A DNA stretch of 64,000 nucleotides from Vicugna vicugna (GCA_013265495.1 MU058423.1:6610939-6674938), one strand, 5' to 3'; positions 29,251 through 51,512 are shown, counted from the stretch's first letter. Notes: generated from the sequence alone by a model not told the origin. Numbers and translations: made by a program.

Positions 29251-32200
29251 ATATTAAACTTTTTACACTAATTGTAAGTCGTATTCCACTTATTTTCAAC
29301 ATAATATATTGTACAAAAGTGGTATTGTTAAAAATAGTAAGAAAATTTTGACATATAACATATTTTTGACATAAAATATTTCCTAATACCCATCAAAACA
29401 ATTTAACTTTTAAATTTATCAAAAACATTTCCCATATAAGGTATTGAAATTAAAAATAAAAAATACAGTGTTCTAAAGATTTCTTCCTGGACTTGTTTAA
29501 ATGCAACATATCATGCCCCTGTAGATGCTTTCAAGGTGTCTTGGATAAGGAGGGAGAAGGTGAGGCAAGCAGTCCATCCCCCCACCATCCCACTGCAACT
29601 CCAAACAGAGAAGCTTCATTACCAGATTTTTACACATTGATAATTCTACGTAAGGTTTCGATTTGGAAAGGGGCAGGGGAGGGGTTTTTTTCCGCTAAGT
29701 TTAAAAACTAAGTTTGTAACCTATTTGACCCACAGTCTTCTTACCTAGAAGATTACAAATTTTCTCCTTACTGCTAAAAGAAACTTATTCATATACATTC
29801 TAATTAAATCCAAATATAAATAGCTAAAAATAATAATTATGCTAAATGATACATCATAGAGGAAATATTCCTTTTCTCCACAGCACAAATAATCATATTA
29901 TAAAAAAACAATAAGTGATTTTCCTATCATGCCTTTAACCATACCTTTACTAGAATATGTTCCATGTTAAAAACTGTCAGTTTAAAAACTTATAGCTCCT
30001 TGGGAAAGGTACTCTTGAGAGAGGAAATAAAACATTCTATTTTTTGCGCTCAAAAGCGTCTAAAACTGTGGGATGTATTCAATACTGCTAAGTAGAAAAT
30101 AAACATCCATGCAAATTTTCAGCTGATGTATAAGTAGCAGTGACTATGATAGATTCTGGCATTCAGAGCATTCTTTAACATTAAGTGAAAAATGACACAG
30201 CAGGCAGTGACTGTCACTTGGTGATTAGAAGACTACTCAGAGTCTCCTTACATATCCCATCCCTTCATTATGATATTACTACCACTGCAGTCACACCTCT
30301 GTGTTGACATTCTCTCCAGGATATTTTTTAAATAATTATTTAAATTTAATTCAGTTAATATAAACTATATTAAACCACTAACATCTACTAAATTTTGAGG
30401 TCTTAAGAAAGGATAAATTTGATTTTATTTGAAGATTCATTTCCCCTTCTCTTTTGGTAGCTTACTCAGAAGCTGACTACACAGGTCTGAGTGAGCTCAA
30501 TGGAAGAACAGGTAATACTGGAGGCTGGACTCCAGAAGCCATCTTTTCTAACAAAGCCACTTATTTGCTGTTCCCTCCCCACGTTTACGTGACATTGTGG
30601 GGACAGGGGTCTCTGCTGCTGAAGCATTTTCTGTGGTCACCCAGTCCAGATGTGCTAGCCAAAACATCACTCGCTGTGTAACAATGAAATCTCTGGAGCA
30701 TTAAAAATGTCTGTAACGTTCCCCAGTAAACCCTCTTTTACATTTACTTTAATGAAATTAGTATCTCCTTTGAATGACAAACACGTTACTTTTTGAGATT
30801 AGTTAACAAAAAGAAAGAGGGAGAAACACCTCCAAGCCTGAAAACTAAAAATTTTTCCATATATTAACTTTAAAATTAAACCTCTATAAAACGAAACTGT
30901 ATTTTACAGACAATGTCCTCCTACTCAGAACAATTTCTACTTAGATATTAGTCCTTTATATTTTTCCTCCCTTTGGGGGCTTTTTTTTTTTTAATAAATA
31001 CAAATTTCTTCTTCTTTCATTGATTTGATAACTTTAGAGTAAAAGAAAGTACTTTATACCAAATAATGCTTTTCCTTCTCAAATGAAAATTTTTAACTTT
31101 ATTCTCATTGAAGGAGAATTTTGCTGGACATAAGTCTCTATTTTAACTTTTTAAATGTATCAATATTCATTATGATATGGGGAAATATTTTATAGCTGGA
31201 CTTTCTTCTACAAAGCCAGTACTGTTACTAAAACCACCAGTTCCTGGCAGATAGGGGCACTTTGTGTAATTTTATAGTATCCTCGAGGTGTCCTCCCTGG
31301 ACTGACAGTTAAGTCAAGGGATAGTTCTATTATTTTCATCCCCAATGATATAAAAATAGTAAGCAGGAAGAACGCTGTCACTCAAAATCAATTATTTCAG
31401 CACATGGCAATGGAAGCCTGGAGTGAGGACTGACAAATACAGGTTTATGCAAATCTGAAACATTCAAAGATTGGCAGACCTCTGTGCTAGTGGACTACAG
31501 TAGAATTTAGTTTCATTTAAACTACACAGCTGGGGGCTGGTGGGAGGAGGTAAGCAAATTGTAAAGGTAATGTACACTAAAACCTAATAATTTAATTCTT
31601 TATTACTATCCCTATAGTAACTAACATATGATTATCTTGCACAGACAGTGATATCCTTTATACCCAGAAATGCCATTTCTGGTATCAGTATATCAAACTT
31701 AATGAGAAAGTCTTGACAGGAAATGTATTTTTCTGTTGTTAGTCTCATTCAACCTTTCCAATCCGTTTTTCCGCTAGTATACCATAAGTCTCCTTCGACA
31801 GCCTCACTAATCACTGATCTATTCACCACCACACAGTCTTTTTCATTCCTTTGTGCCTTTGTAATATCTTTTCTTCTTCCTGGAATACTCCTTCCTCTTT
31901 CCTCTCCCTTGCAAATCCTCCTTATCTGTATCAAGAACATTCCTTTCCATAAAGCTTTCTCAGACCATTTCAAAACATGCATAATCTCGCTCCTTTGAAC
32001 TCAAACAACCTACTATCCATACTTTATTAAGCATAATATATTTTTCTCTATTTGTATTAATGCATCATACAGGTATATTTTGCTTTCCCAACTATACTCA
32101 TACTTAAACATAGGTAACATGTTTCAAAGTACCTAAAAGAGTGCTGTGCATTTAATAAGTATGTGTTGGATTGATTGATATGAGCTTTCATTGTAACATA

Positions 32201-35200
32201 TAGAATTTACATCATCTATAGATCTTATGACCTAGAACTGAACTAGAAATACTAAACTCAAGACAGATTTTCTGTCAGATAACTTTTAACTAATGACACA
32301 CAGACTGAATGTGGCAAGATTTCAAATTAGAGTTGAATGTTATTTTCTGCTTCAATTCCAATGTTTTGTGGTTTTCTTTCTTCTTTGAGTTAAATTTTAG
32401 GAGAATATCAGGTTGCCAGACCTCAGCATTAAGAATAACAAACACATCTTTACTGAGGAGATTAAATATGTATTTATCCAGAAATAATGATTAATATATT
32501 ATATACAATTTATCATAATACATTAGACTAATAATGTAGATATTATTTTCATTTTATAGGTGAAGAAACTGAGGTTCAAGAGTTATTTCAAAAAATGTCC
32601 ATTAATTGAATGGATTATGAAAATATAATCATTTTATGACAAAAAAGACCTTTAAAAGTATAAAAAAAAGAGTTGGTTTGTGCAGATTTGCAATTATAGG
32701 GAAATAATAGATATCACCTTTTATTCTAGTGTTAGTGGTGCTTTTTGTACCTAAACCATTTCAACACACCTATTTCTTCCAAAAAACAAGTGGCTCTTAG
32801 CCACATTTCTCTTTTTTTTTACCCTGAGAGGTTATGTTCAAGGACAAAAAGAGCAAACAGACTGTTTATTTGCCCATCTGTACAATTTCATGTGAAAGAC
32901 CTTCAGAGGTCTTTTAATATATCATTTTCCCTTCTGTTTGTTTTTTTTAATTATTGTTTTTATTGGAGCTCTTAAATTATTCCTTCTAAAATTTATAATT
33001 TTCTGCAGCACACTATAATTTGCATCTGATAAATCTATATTTTTTCCTTTATCTCTAGAATTTTTAGAAGACTTGCAAAGGGAAACAAAACAAGAAAAAT
33101 TGAATTAAATCACTTAATGAAACTAGCCCTGAGTTAAGACTCTGAAATTGTTTCCAGTCACTTTCATATTGGAAGAAGGAATTTGTTTTGATATATCCAT
33201 AAGCACTAAATGAGAATGTTCTAAAAACTTTGGTTTAAATAAAGATTTTTTTCTCACCTTTGCAAAAACCATCTTATTTATCTCTTTATACCACAGAAAG
33301 CGATCTCTTTAGAGATTTGGTCTATTGAACATAAATGTCTTTTTAGAAGCTTTTATCATATATTGGTCCAGCATCTAGGTGCACTTTATTTGGAAGGTGA
33401 AAAATTAATAATAATTATTATAATCATAATATTGAGACTACTCTGCAAAGGCATGAGCTAATGTCCCAATCATTCTCTGCGATCAGTCATATTCTATAAT
33501 AATGTTTGTTGGTTCAGTTTTGAGTTACAAATAAAAGTCTAATCATAAATAATGATTTTTCAACACAAATAGTTACCTTCCATGAGAAGAGAAGTAACTC
33601 AGTATTCACAGGCAGGATTACCTCTATAGATAAAAAGAAACATCAAAGGAAGAAACTGTTGACAAGTTATTTCATATGAGAAAAGTATTAGAAAGTACTA
33701 TGAGCAGCATAAAAATATATTTCAAATTTATTATACCTAGACCATGTGGCATCATTTTGCCTGTTTTAAGAAATTTTGTTTGGTATACCAGGGGTATAGC
33801 TTACTAAAAAGCTGACTGCTCTTACGGCTTAAAAATCCTCAAAACAGGATGGAGTTTAGCCAAGGTGCTTGACTTCCCCATGATTTTTTTTCTAGTTTTA
33901 TTGAGGAATAACTGACAAATAAACTGTATGCATTTAGAGTGTACAATGTGATGATTTGATATACATAAACACTATGAAATGATTTCCAAAATTAAGTTAG
34001 TTAACACATCCATCACCTCACATCGTCAACTATTTTTTTTTTTGTAAGATCTAGTCTAAGCAAATTTTAAGTATACAATACCATATTATTAACTACAGCC
34101 ACCTCACTGTAATAGATCCTTGGGACTTACTCATCTTAAAACTAAAGTTTTGTACCCTGTGTCTTACATCTATCCATTTCCCCACCCCTCTAGCCCTGAC
34201 AACTACTATTTCTACTCTCTTGTTTCTATGAGTTCAACTCTTGTTAATTTAGATACCACATATAACTAACACCACACAATATTTGTCTTTCTCTGTCTGG
34301 CTTATTTCACCTAGAGAATGACATTCAAGTTTATATATAACATTATCTTTATCCCTTCACTGCTGACAGAGATTTAGGTTGTTTCCATGTTTTGGCTATT
34401 GTGAGTAATACTGCAACGAACATGAGGGTGCAGATATTAATTCAAGATACTGAGTTCATTTCTTTCTAATATATACCCAGGAGTGGGGTTGTTGGGTCCT
34501 ATGGTAGTTCTACCTTTAATTTTTTGAGGAAACTCCATACTGTTTTCAGTAATAGTTATACTAATTTACAATCCTACCAACAGTATACCTTTTCCACATC
34601 GTTGCCAACATTCATTATCTCTTGTCTTTTTGATGAGAGACATCCTAACAGGTGCGAGGTGCTATCTTGTGGTTTTGATTTGCATTTCCCTGACGATGAG
34701 TGATGCTGAGCGTCATTTCATGTACCTAGGGACCATTTGTATGTCTTCTTTGAAAAATCCATTCAGGTTCTTTGCCCACTTTAAAATCAGGTTATTTGGG
34801 GGTTTTTGCTACTGAGTTGTAAGAGCTCCTTATGTATTTTGAACATTAGCCCATATCAGATACATGGTTTGCAAATATTTTCTCCCATTCCATTGGATGC
34901 ATCTTTTTTTAAATTATTTTATTGACTGCTTTTTTGTGGTGCAGAAGCTTTTCAGTTTGATGTCGTCCCACTTGTTTATTTTTTTTTTGTCTGTGTTTTT
35001 GGTATCATATACATGAAATCATTGCTAAGACCAATATCATGAAAATTTTTCCTGTTTTCTTCTAGTTTTGTGGTATCAGGTTTTACATTTAAGTCTTCAA
35101 ATTCATTTGAAATACATCTTTTCTGTAAGAAAATACATCTTTTTTTCCTGTAAGACAGGGGTCCAGTTTCATTCTTTTGCATATAGATATCCAGATTTCC

Positions 35201-35213
35201 CAGCACCATTCTT

Positions 35214-35668
35214 TATTCAGTTTTATTAGGTAAAATTGATACAATTTTACTGTACACAAACAATATCTTGCATGTAAATACATATATACAATAGAGGGTA
35301 CTTTTTTTAAAATTTACATATATGCACTGTTCACTGTTTCTAAGAACAGTTTAGAACTTTAGCCTTTTAAATTTATATAATTATCAAAGGAATAAAGTCA
35401 ATCACAAAATAAGAATCAACAGAATACAGTAATCCAATCATAAAGGACAGTCAAATGTGTTTACATATATGCAAATAATCAGTCATCTAAGTTATAAATA
35501 ATAAGTACTTCATTTGTGGTTTCTTTTAGATTCCACATATAAGCAGTATCATATACCATTTTTCTTTCTCTTTTTGGCTTACTTCACTTAGAATGATGAT
35601 CTCCAGGTCCATCCATGTTGCTGCAAATGGCATTATTTTATTCTTTTTTAAGGCTGAGTAGTATTCCA
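35214..35668 (-). mobile_element. Nested retroposed insert: younger L1 piece (35511-35668) joined to a segment not recognised as L1, with AATAAA (35214-35510)
   Basis: Interrupts host L1 at cagcaccatt|tcttaaagaga; near-TSD accattctt (35205-35213) and accatttctt (35669-35678). Confidence 0.65.
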
Positions 35669-36624
35669 ACCATTTCTTAAAGAGATTATCCTTTCCTCAT
35701 TGATTGGTATTGACATCCTTGTAAAAGATCATTTGACCATATATGTGAGGATTTATTTCTGGGCTCTTTATTCTGCTCTGTTGGTCCATGTGCCTATTTT
35801 TATGCCAATATGATAGTATTCTGATTACTATAGTTCTGAAATTCAGTTTGAAATAAGGAAGCACAATGCCTCCAGCTTTGTTTGCCTTTCTCAAGACTGC
35901 TTTGGATATTCAAGGTCTTTTATCGTTCTGTATGAATTTTAAAATTTTTTATTTCTGTAAAAAATGCCATTGGAATTTAACAGGGATTGCACTGAACCTG
36001 TAGATCACTTTGGGTGGTATGGACATCTTAACAATATTAATTTTTCCAATCCAAGAACATAGGACATCTTTCCATTTATTTACGTCTTCTTCAATTTCTA
36101 TCATCAATGTCTTACAGTTTTCAGTATACAGAATTTTTACCTCTTTGAATTGTTTGTAAGTATTTTATTACTTTTGGTGCTGTTGTAACTGAGATTGTTT
36201 TCTTAATTTCTCTGATAGTTTGATGTTGGTGTCTTGAAATAAAATTGATTTTTTTCATGTTGATCTTGTATCCTGTAAATTTACTGATTTTGTTTATTAC
36301 TTCTAACAGATTTTTGGTGGAGTTTCCATATATAAGATCATGTCATCTGCAAACAGAGAAAATTTTACTTCTTCCTTTCTAATTTAAATGCTTTTTATGT
36401 CTTTATCTTGCCTAACTATTCTGGCTAGAATTTCCAGTACTGTTTTGAATAGAAATGGTGAGAATGAGCATCCTTTTGTTGTTCCTGATTTTGAAGGAAA
36501 AACTTTCAGATTTTCACCTTTGAGTCTGATATTATCTGTGGGCTTGACATATATGACTTTTATTATGCTGAGTTATATTCCCTCTATACTTCATTTCTTG
36601 AGAGTTTTTATCATTTGTCAAATA

Positions 36625-37100
36625 CAGCCATATCTCATTCCCTTGTTTTGTTGTGCTTTGCAGATACTGCAGTTTTTACAAATTGAAGGTCTGTGACAAT
36701 CCTTCATTCAGCAAGTCTATAGGCATCATTTTCCCAACAGCATCTACTCACTTTGTGTCTCTGTATTACATTTTGGTAATTCTTGCAATATTTCAAACTT
36801 TCTCATTATATTTATTATGATGATCTGTGATCAGTGATTTTGATGTTATTACTGTAAAAAGATTATGAATCACTGAAGGCTCAGATGAGAGCTTCTTTTA
36901 GCAATAAAGTATTTGTAATTAAAGAATGTACAGTTTTTAAGACATAATGCTATTCCACACTTAACAGACTGCAGTATAGTACAAAGATAACTTTCACACA
37001 CACTGGGAAACCAAAAAATTTGTGTGACTCACTTTACTGACATATTAACATCATTATGGTGATCTGGAACTGAACCCACAATATCTCTGAGGTTTGCCTG
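36625..37100 (+). mobile_element. Internally deleted Tigger1 (TcMar) DNA transposon, resembling Tigger1a_Art
   Basis: Both Tigger1 termini (cagccatatctc... and ...aatatctctgaggtttgcctg) with TA on each side; host L1 resumes after 37102. Confidence 0.88.
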
Positions 37101-37289
37101 TACCTTTTTCTGCTTCTATTGAGCTCCCATGACATTCACGACCTGAGAAGTCAGGGTAATCAGGAATTATAAATTTTGTAAGAATTGGAGAGAGAATGAG
37201 AGGAATATCTCTATTCCAAGAACTCATCTTTACAAATAACTTTCTCCTTCTCAAAAATTGATATATTTTCTTTTCTTCTTCTACTATCT

Positions 37290-40065
37290 CAATTTATTTA
37301 AAAAATAATTACTTAGTTCTCAAATAATAATGTGCCAGACTCTGTCCTGAAACTAACGATTCAATAAAGAGCAAAATCGACACTGTGCCACAGTATTATG
37401 GTGAGTGGTAAGAAGGAAAGTACAGAAAGTCATGACAATAATAGGGGAAAGTAACCTAATCCTGGGTAAATGTCCTTGTAGGAGTAGCCTTTGAACTAAG
37501 ATTTGAATGATGAGTAGCAGTTAATTAGGAAAACAGGTGAGAAAAGAACCTTCCAAGTAGAAAATGCAGAATTCCCTTGAATTGAACTTAAGGAGATAAA
37601 AGAAGCTTGATGAGTCTGGGTAACTAAAAGATTAGTATGGCTAGAGTAAAAAGTTAAAGAGGAGAGTTTTGGGAAATGAGGCTTCAGATACAGTCAGGTC
37701 CAACAGTCCTACTAAGAATTTTGGCCTTTTATCCTGAGGTAAGTGGTAATCCATTGACAGGATTTCAAAAAGGTGGTGGTGCTAGTGGTGCTGGTGATAG
37801 TTTTCTGAGTTGAAAAAATCACTCTGGATGCATTGTAGAGAATGGAATGATTATAGAAATGGCTAAAGTAGCCACTGATCCTGCAGTCAGCCTCTCCATA
37901 ATCAACAGAATGTAAAGTTCTATTAGTTAGGTATCCTAATAGTTAAAATTTCAATAGATATCCTTGATGTTTCATTCTCCTGGACAAGCTCTTTAACCTC
38001 TATATAAATATGCTCCCTGTACAAATACTGCTATCCCATTATATAATCCCTTTCAAATATCTTTTTTGAAGTTTACAACCTTATGTCCATAATATTCATC
38101 TTCCCTTCCCCTGCTGGGGGTACAGATGTATCTTCATCACTGTCTGATTATCATAGATCCCCTACTCCCCTGCTAACTACCAGAAAATTCTTAAAGGGCT
38201 TCTGTGGGTACAATCTTACATAAAAGAAAGCATGTAATTCTAATACGTTACAAAACTGCTATGAGGTATTCCCAGCCCTTGGCTTGTGATTAGTCTCCCT
38301 GCGTCCATCCTGCAATACATTTGTTATACAGTCTGGCTTTACATTGTGAGTCTGTGGTCTTTTCCTCATAACAATAATGGTAAAATAAGATATTGTAGTC
38401 ATTTTTAAAAAGGATGACTAGGTAATGGCAGTGGAGAGAAAAAAGAATGTAGTCAAGAAATATTTAGAAGGTAAAATAAGAATGTGGTGCTTGATTGGAT
38501 CTGGGTGATACAAGACAAGGGAGCTTCAAAGATGAGGCCAGATTTCTGGCTTGCAGAACTGAATAACTGGTGATGCCAGTCACTGAGTTATGGGACTGCT
38601 TATAAAGAACATGAGTTAGCCATACTAAAAACAAGGTTAAGAACATTCCCCAAAAAGTAGGGGCAAACATCCAAAGAAGTCTCCAGGATGAAAAATAACA
38701 TGGCATATTCAAGAAAATGAAAAAGTTCAGCATGGCTGAGCGTATGGGATTGCCAGGGGAAACAACAAATTGAGGTTGGAGAGGTAGGTTCATGCCAGAT
38801 GTAGTTTTGTAGGTTATTACGAAGAGTTGAGATTTTACTCTAAATGCAATTAAAATTTAATATTTAGGCATGAAAGTTTATAATTTGACTTAAATGCTAT
38901 GAATATTACTTTGTGGGTTTTTTTAATTAAAATCAACTGAGGAAGTAAAACAATACAAATGGTAGAGATGTTGTTTTGGAACACAGGCAAGAGATAATGA
39001 TGACCTGGATGAAGATGTGGAAGAGGACACAAAAGAAGTGCAAGAAATAAAGAGATATTTTGAAGGTAAAATTAATACATCATGCTAAGGTTCATGTGAG
39101 GAGCTATGGAAAGTTATTGAGAAGGGGAAAAACCAAGCAAGTACTTTGGGTTTCTAAGTAAGTGTTGAAACAGCAGCAGGGAGTATCAAAGGGATTTTGA
39201 AGAAAAAAATTGAAAGTTACATTTTGGATATGTTAAGTATGAGATCTGTGAAATACTGAAGTAAAGATGTCAAGTATCTGTTGGAAATGTGAAGCTGAAG
39301 CCCAGGAAAAGATCTGCATTGGAGATACAGGTCTCCATGCCAAAGGATGTGTTTTAAATCCAGGGAAATGATTGCAACCATTTAGAGGTTAAAGAAAGAA
39401 GAGGATCAGATCCAAATGAGCTCTTAGGTCAAACAGAAGCAAAGCCAAAAGACAAATCTGAAAAAGAGCAACTAGTGAGAGAGAAGGAAAACAAGGAGAG
39501 AGTAGAATCACAGAGGCAAAAGGAAGAAAGGAAGCGAGAGTATCTCACCATATTAAATACTGCTGTAAAGCAGAGCAAGATAAGGATAAAGAAGTACATT
39601 GTACTGGTAACAAATATTTTTGATTATGCTGATAAGAGCAGATTAAACTAAGTGATGATGGAAACTGGACAGTAAGGAGATGAAAAATGAACTGGTGTTG
39701 GGGATGTTGAGACTGTGTGATGAAAACTCAGAAGTCTGACAAGAAAGGGAAAACCTGAGGGTCAGGGTTTCTTAGTTAAAAGATTCTAATGTGGTACATG
39801 TAATCTGAGGGGGCTAATCTTGCAGAAAAAGAAAGATTGTTAAATCACAAGAGAAAGGATAATCTAAGAAATAAAGTCCTCAAAAAGGTAAAAATGGAAT
39901 GGTATTATTAACACAAGTGGAGGGAATGGACTTTAGTAAAGTGAAGTACACTTTGTTAATTCTGACAGGAGGATAGAAGAAAATGATAGTGGCAAGGATA
40001 GATAGATTTGGAGGTGAAAAGGGAGAGTTTCCAATTATGGCTTCTATTTCCTTATCCCACCATTA
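37290..40065 (-). mobile_element. Decayed L2 fragments
   Basis: Purine-rich L2 antisense motifs: atcactctggatgcattgtagagaatgga, ccagatttctggcttg..aactg, cattttggatatgttaagtatgagat, tggcttctatttcct; boundaries approximate. Confidence 0.65.
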
Positions 40066-40783
40066 AAAAAAAAACTGAGAGTTTTAAGAAGACCTAGATG
40101 GGAGCCTTAATAAATTCCACATTTACAGTCAAGGTGAAGGAGAATGAATAACTAGAGGATCAGGAAGAAAACCCGGAGTACACGGTGTCATGAAAGCCCT
40201 ATATGTAAACATGTATCCATACAAGGGGTTGAGAGATAGAAAGAAAACCATACAACATCATCACATTAAAGCCATGGGAAAGGGAAAGAAAAAGAGTATA
40301 GAGAAAGTAGAAGATTCCTCAAAGCTCCACATAATTAAGAATTACAGACTGCATAATTTAAGTTTCTTTTACTTTTTAACTTATTTAACCATGAAAGGGC
40401 CTTTTATTGTGAAAACCACCCAAATGTTATGACTTTGTATGGGAATCATCATTAAATCAGTTGCCCCTAACTAAATTGTTACAAACACCCTATGGAAGAA
40501 ATACAGACATACATTAGAAATATACAGCTCCCAAATGGTGTTAATGGCAACAAACATATTTTTCAACATGCTTCTCTGAGTTCTTAGAAATTTCTTTGAG
40601 AAACAAGTTAATGTGAATCTTCTGAAACACAACAAAATGTTGATTATAATTATCTTATAATTATATATGTGATTTTTTATGCTTTTCTGAGTTTTTCAAG
40701 TCGATTACTCACTATAGCTTTTACCAAAAATTAATGAACTATAAGAAGCTATATATTACATATATAAAAGAAAAGAAACACAT

Positions 40784-40811
40784 TTTATTTCTCTGGGTAT
40801 ATGTATTTAAT
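40784..40811 (-). terminator. Amylase polyadenylation signals (ATTAAA 40806-40811; AATAAA 40784-40789)
   Basis: Both hexamers lie within about 35 nt of the stop on the sense strand; amylase mRNAs have very short 3' UTRs. Confidence 0.75.
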
Positions 40812-40818
40812 TCAAATT

Positions 40819-49461
<8,643 letters not shown>

Positions 49462-49496
49462 TTTGCTTTGAAGTTGTCAATGCTCTTTCCAGCAAC

Positions 49497-49504
49497 TATT
49501 TATA
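49497..49504 (-). promoter_or_regulatory. TATA box (TATAAATA) of the proximal amylase promoter
   Basis: TATAAATA ends 35 nt before the ATG, followed by the typical amylase leader ...GACAACTTCAAAGCAAAATG. Confidence 0.9.
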
Positions 49505-49544
49505 TGCCTGTAAGAAGCATATTTTGCAAATTAAATGTTAACAT

Positions 49545-49578
49545 GAATAAATACTTTTAGAGAACAAATTGTTTATTC
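49545..49578. promoter_or_regulatory. Candidate FOXA/HNF3 sites in the proximal promoter
   Basis: TGTTTATT at 49570-49577 and AATAAATA near 49547, between PTF1 site and TATA; short AT-rich motifs. Confidence 0.4.
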
Positions 49579-49613
49579 ATGATCTGAAAAGAACTATCAA
49601 TAATAATGTTAAA

Positions 49614-49642
49614 CAGCTGAAGAACATCCATAAAATCTCCCA
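49614..49642. promoter_or_regulatory. PTF1 (PTF1A/RBPJL) bipartite acinar element: E-box CAGCTG plus TC-box TCTCCCA
   Basis: CAGCTG 49614-49619 and TCTCCCA 49636-49642, about two helical turns apart and 110-140 nt upstream of TATA; same layout as the rodent Amy2 element. Confidence 0.75.
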
Positions 49643-50204
49643 GGAATATCATTTAAATAATCTTTTACAACAGTGTTTTCCCTATTGAGGGAATATTAAC
49701 CTTTTTAAACATCTGGCATTATATAAATATAAAGAGTCCTTAATCATGTATTATTTAACTAGGATTAGATGTTATTTCTGAAGTCCTTCACTAACAGAAG
49801 GAAAATAAGAATTAGAGCCAACTGAATTGATAGTCAAAATATTGTCTTAACTATCTATTTGCAAATATTTGTAATGCTTCAATTTCAAAAAGAAACAGGA
49901 TATTTAATTAGTTCTGTTTCCACCCCAATCAAATTTTTTAGTTATTTAAATTTCTGCATTAAGATTTAAGAAATTATTTGGAAACTGAATGACCATGAAT
50001 TGAGGAAACAGACTTTTCTGCCCCTCTCCATCAAATCATGTGCTGAATGCTTTGGCTATAGCAATAGGGTATGGCTTTTTTTCTCCTTATAACCAAGTAT
50101 CTCTTATATTTGATAAAACACTAAATTAATGAACCCACATCCATTCTCTTTCTTAATGTATATGAAGTCTTATTAAAGAGAATAATAGTACAGTTGGAAA
50201 AAAC

Positions 50205-51065
50205 TTCATTCATTTGTAAGTATTAACTGAGTGTCAGCTTTTTGCTAAGCACATAGATGATATTTAAGATAACAATGATGAACAAGACAGCCAAGACTCT
50301 TGTTCTTAAGTAGCTTACTTCTAGTGGAAAGGAAAGAAAATATGTGGGAACATAATAATAATACAATTTAAGATAGCAATAAGAACTAGTATAAAAAATG
50401 TAATAAAATAGAAAATGACTTCACTATGAGAGTATTTTAGACTGAATAGTCAGGGAAGGAATCTCTGAGGAAGTGATTTTCAGCTAGAATTTGAAAGACT
50501 AGAAGGAGCCAGTTATTTGAGGTCAGAGAAAGAGCAATATAGACAGACGAAAGTGCAATAGTAAAAGCCCAAGGTAGGAAAAACTTAGAATACTGAAGTG
50601 ACACTAAAAAAAGTAAATAAAAGTCAGTGCAACTAAACAATGAGTGATAAATGGGAGAATAAAATGAGATGAGGACAGAGAGGTAGGCCAGATCATGTAG
50701 GACCTTGTAGAAAACATAATGGAAGAGACAGCCATTGATGCTGAAAGATGGGAGCTAAGAGACTCTGATTTATTTTAAAAGAAAATCATTCTTGCTCTGC
50801 TGTGAAGAAGCTGGACTATGGGAAGACAAAAGTGAAGTCAAGGAGATCAGTTAGGCTTTTTCAGTAGTCCAGGAAAGAAGTAAGTTGCTTGGACTAGGGC
50901 AATGACAAATATATTTCAGAAGTGGAAGGGCAATAGGTTTATAGTTAGATTAGAACTAAAGAATGAGGAAGAGAAAAATTAAAGAAATATGTATTTGATC
51001 ATACCATTTCTTGAGATAAGGAAAAATGAGTAAGTAATAGCTTTGTGGAGAGGGTACCAGGAGCA
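50205..51065 (-). mobile_element. L2 fragment upstream of the amylase promoter
   Basis: ttcattcatttgtaagtattaactgagtg...gaacaagacag...tagcttacttctagtgg...ggccagatcatgtaggaccttgtag. Confidence 0.75.
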
Positions 51066-51130
51066 CTCTGTGAATCCTAATGCTCTCCTTTGGTCCTTCC
51101 TCCAACCAACTTTGTGAACAAATTGTCCTA

Positions 51131-51512
51131 TTTTCTTATTCATTCCGAGCTTCTATAACAAGAATACCATAGGCTGGATGGCTTGAACAAAAAATATTCA
51201 TTTTTCATATTTCTGGAGGTTGGAAGCCCAAGACCAAAATATCAGCAGATCCAGAGTCTGGTGAGAGGCCCCCTCCAAGTTCACAGACAGCCATCTTCTT
51301 CTTGTATCCTTACATGGTATAGAATAGAGGGTTTTAGTCTCTTTCTCTTCTTACAAGGACACTAATCCCATCATGGGGGCTCCACTCTCATGACTTCACC
51401 CTAACCTAATTAATTCCCAAAGGCCCCGTAGCCTAATACCATTCCATTGGGAGTTCAGGTTTCAACATTTGAATTTTTTGGTGGGGTGGAACATAAACAT
51501 GCAGTCCCTAAT
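51131..51512 (-). mobile_element. MaLR LTR (MLT1A-like)
   Basis: ctataacaagaataccataggctggatggcttgaaca...ctggaggttggaag..caagac...cactaatcccatcatgggggctccactctcatgac...aacatgcagtcc. Confidence 0.85.

Larger units (their letters stand above)
33884..37123 (-). mobile_element. 5'-truncated L1 (L1MA-like) carrying two nested insertions
   Basis: Poly-T 3' end at 33884; antisense ORF2 remnants (ORF 35697-35894 KAGGIVLPYFKL...SPEINPHIYGQMIF); possible TSD cccatga at 33877-33883 and 37126-37132. Confidence 0.9.

Noticed and set aside
35110..35155. Imperfect tandem duplication aaatacatctttt(tt)c(c)tgtaaga
   Set aside because: Two-copy slippage or repair scar inside a dead L1; similar microduplications occur at ~4002-4033 and ~4071-4098
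598..40432. Many 60-111 aa ORFs in the supplied track
   Set aside because: They are L1/L2/LTR remnants or low-complexity chance ORFs in AT-rich DNA; none resembles a host protein or fits an exon chain
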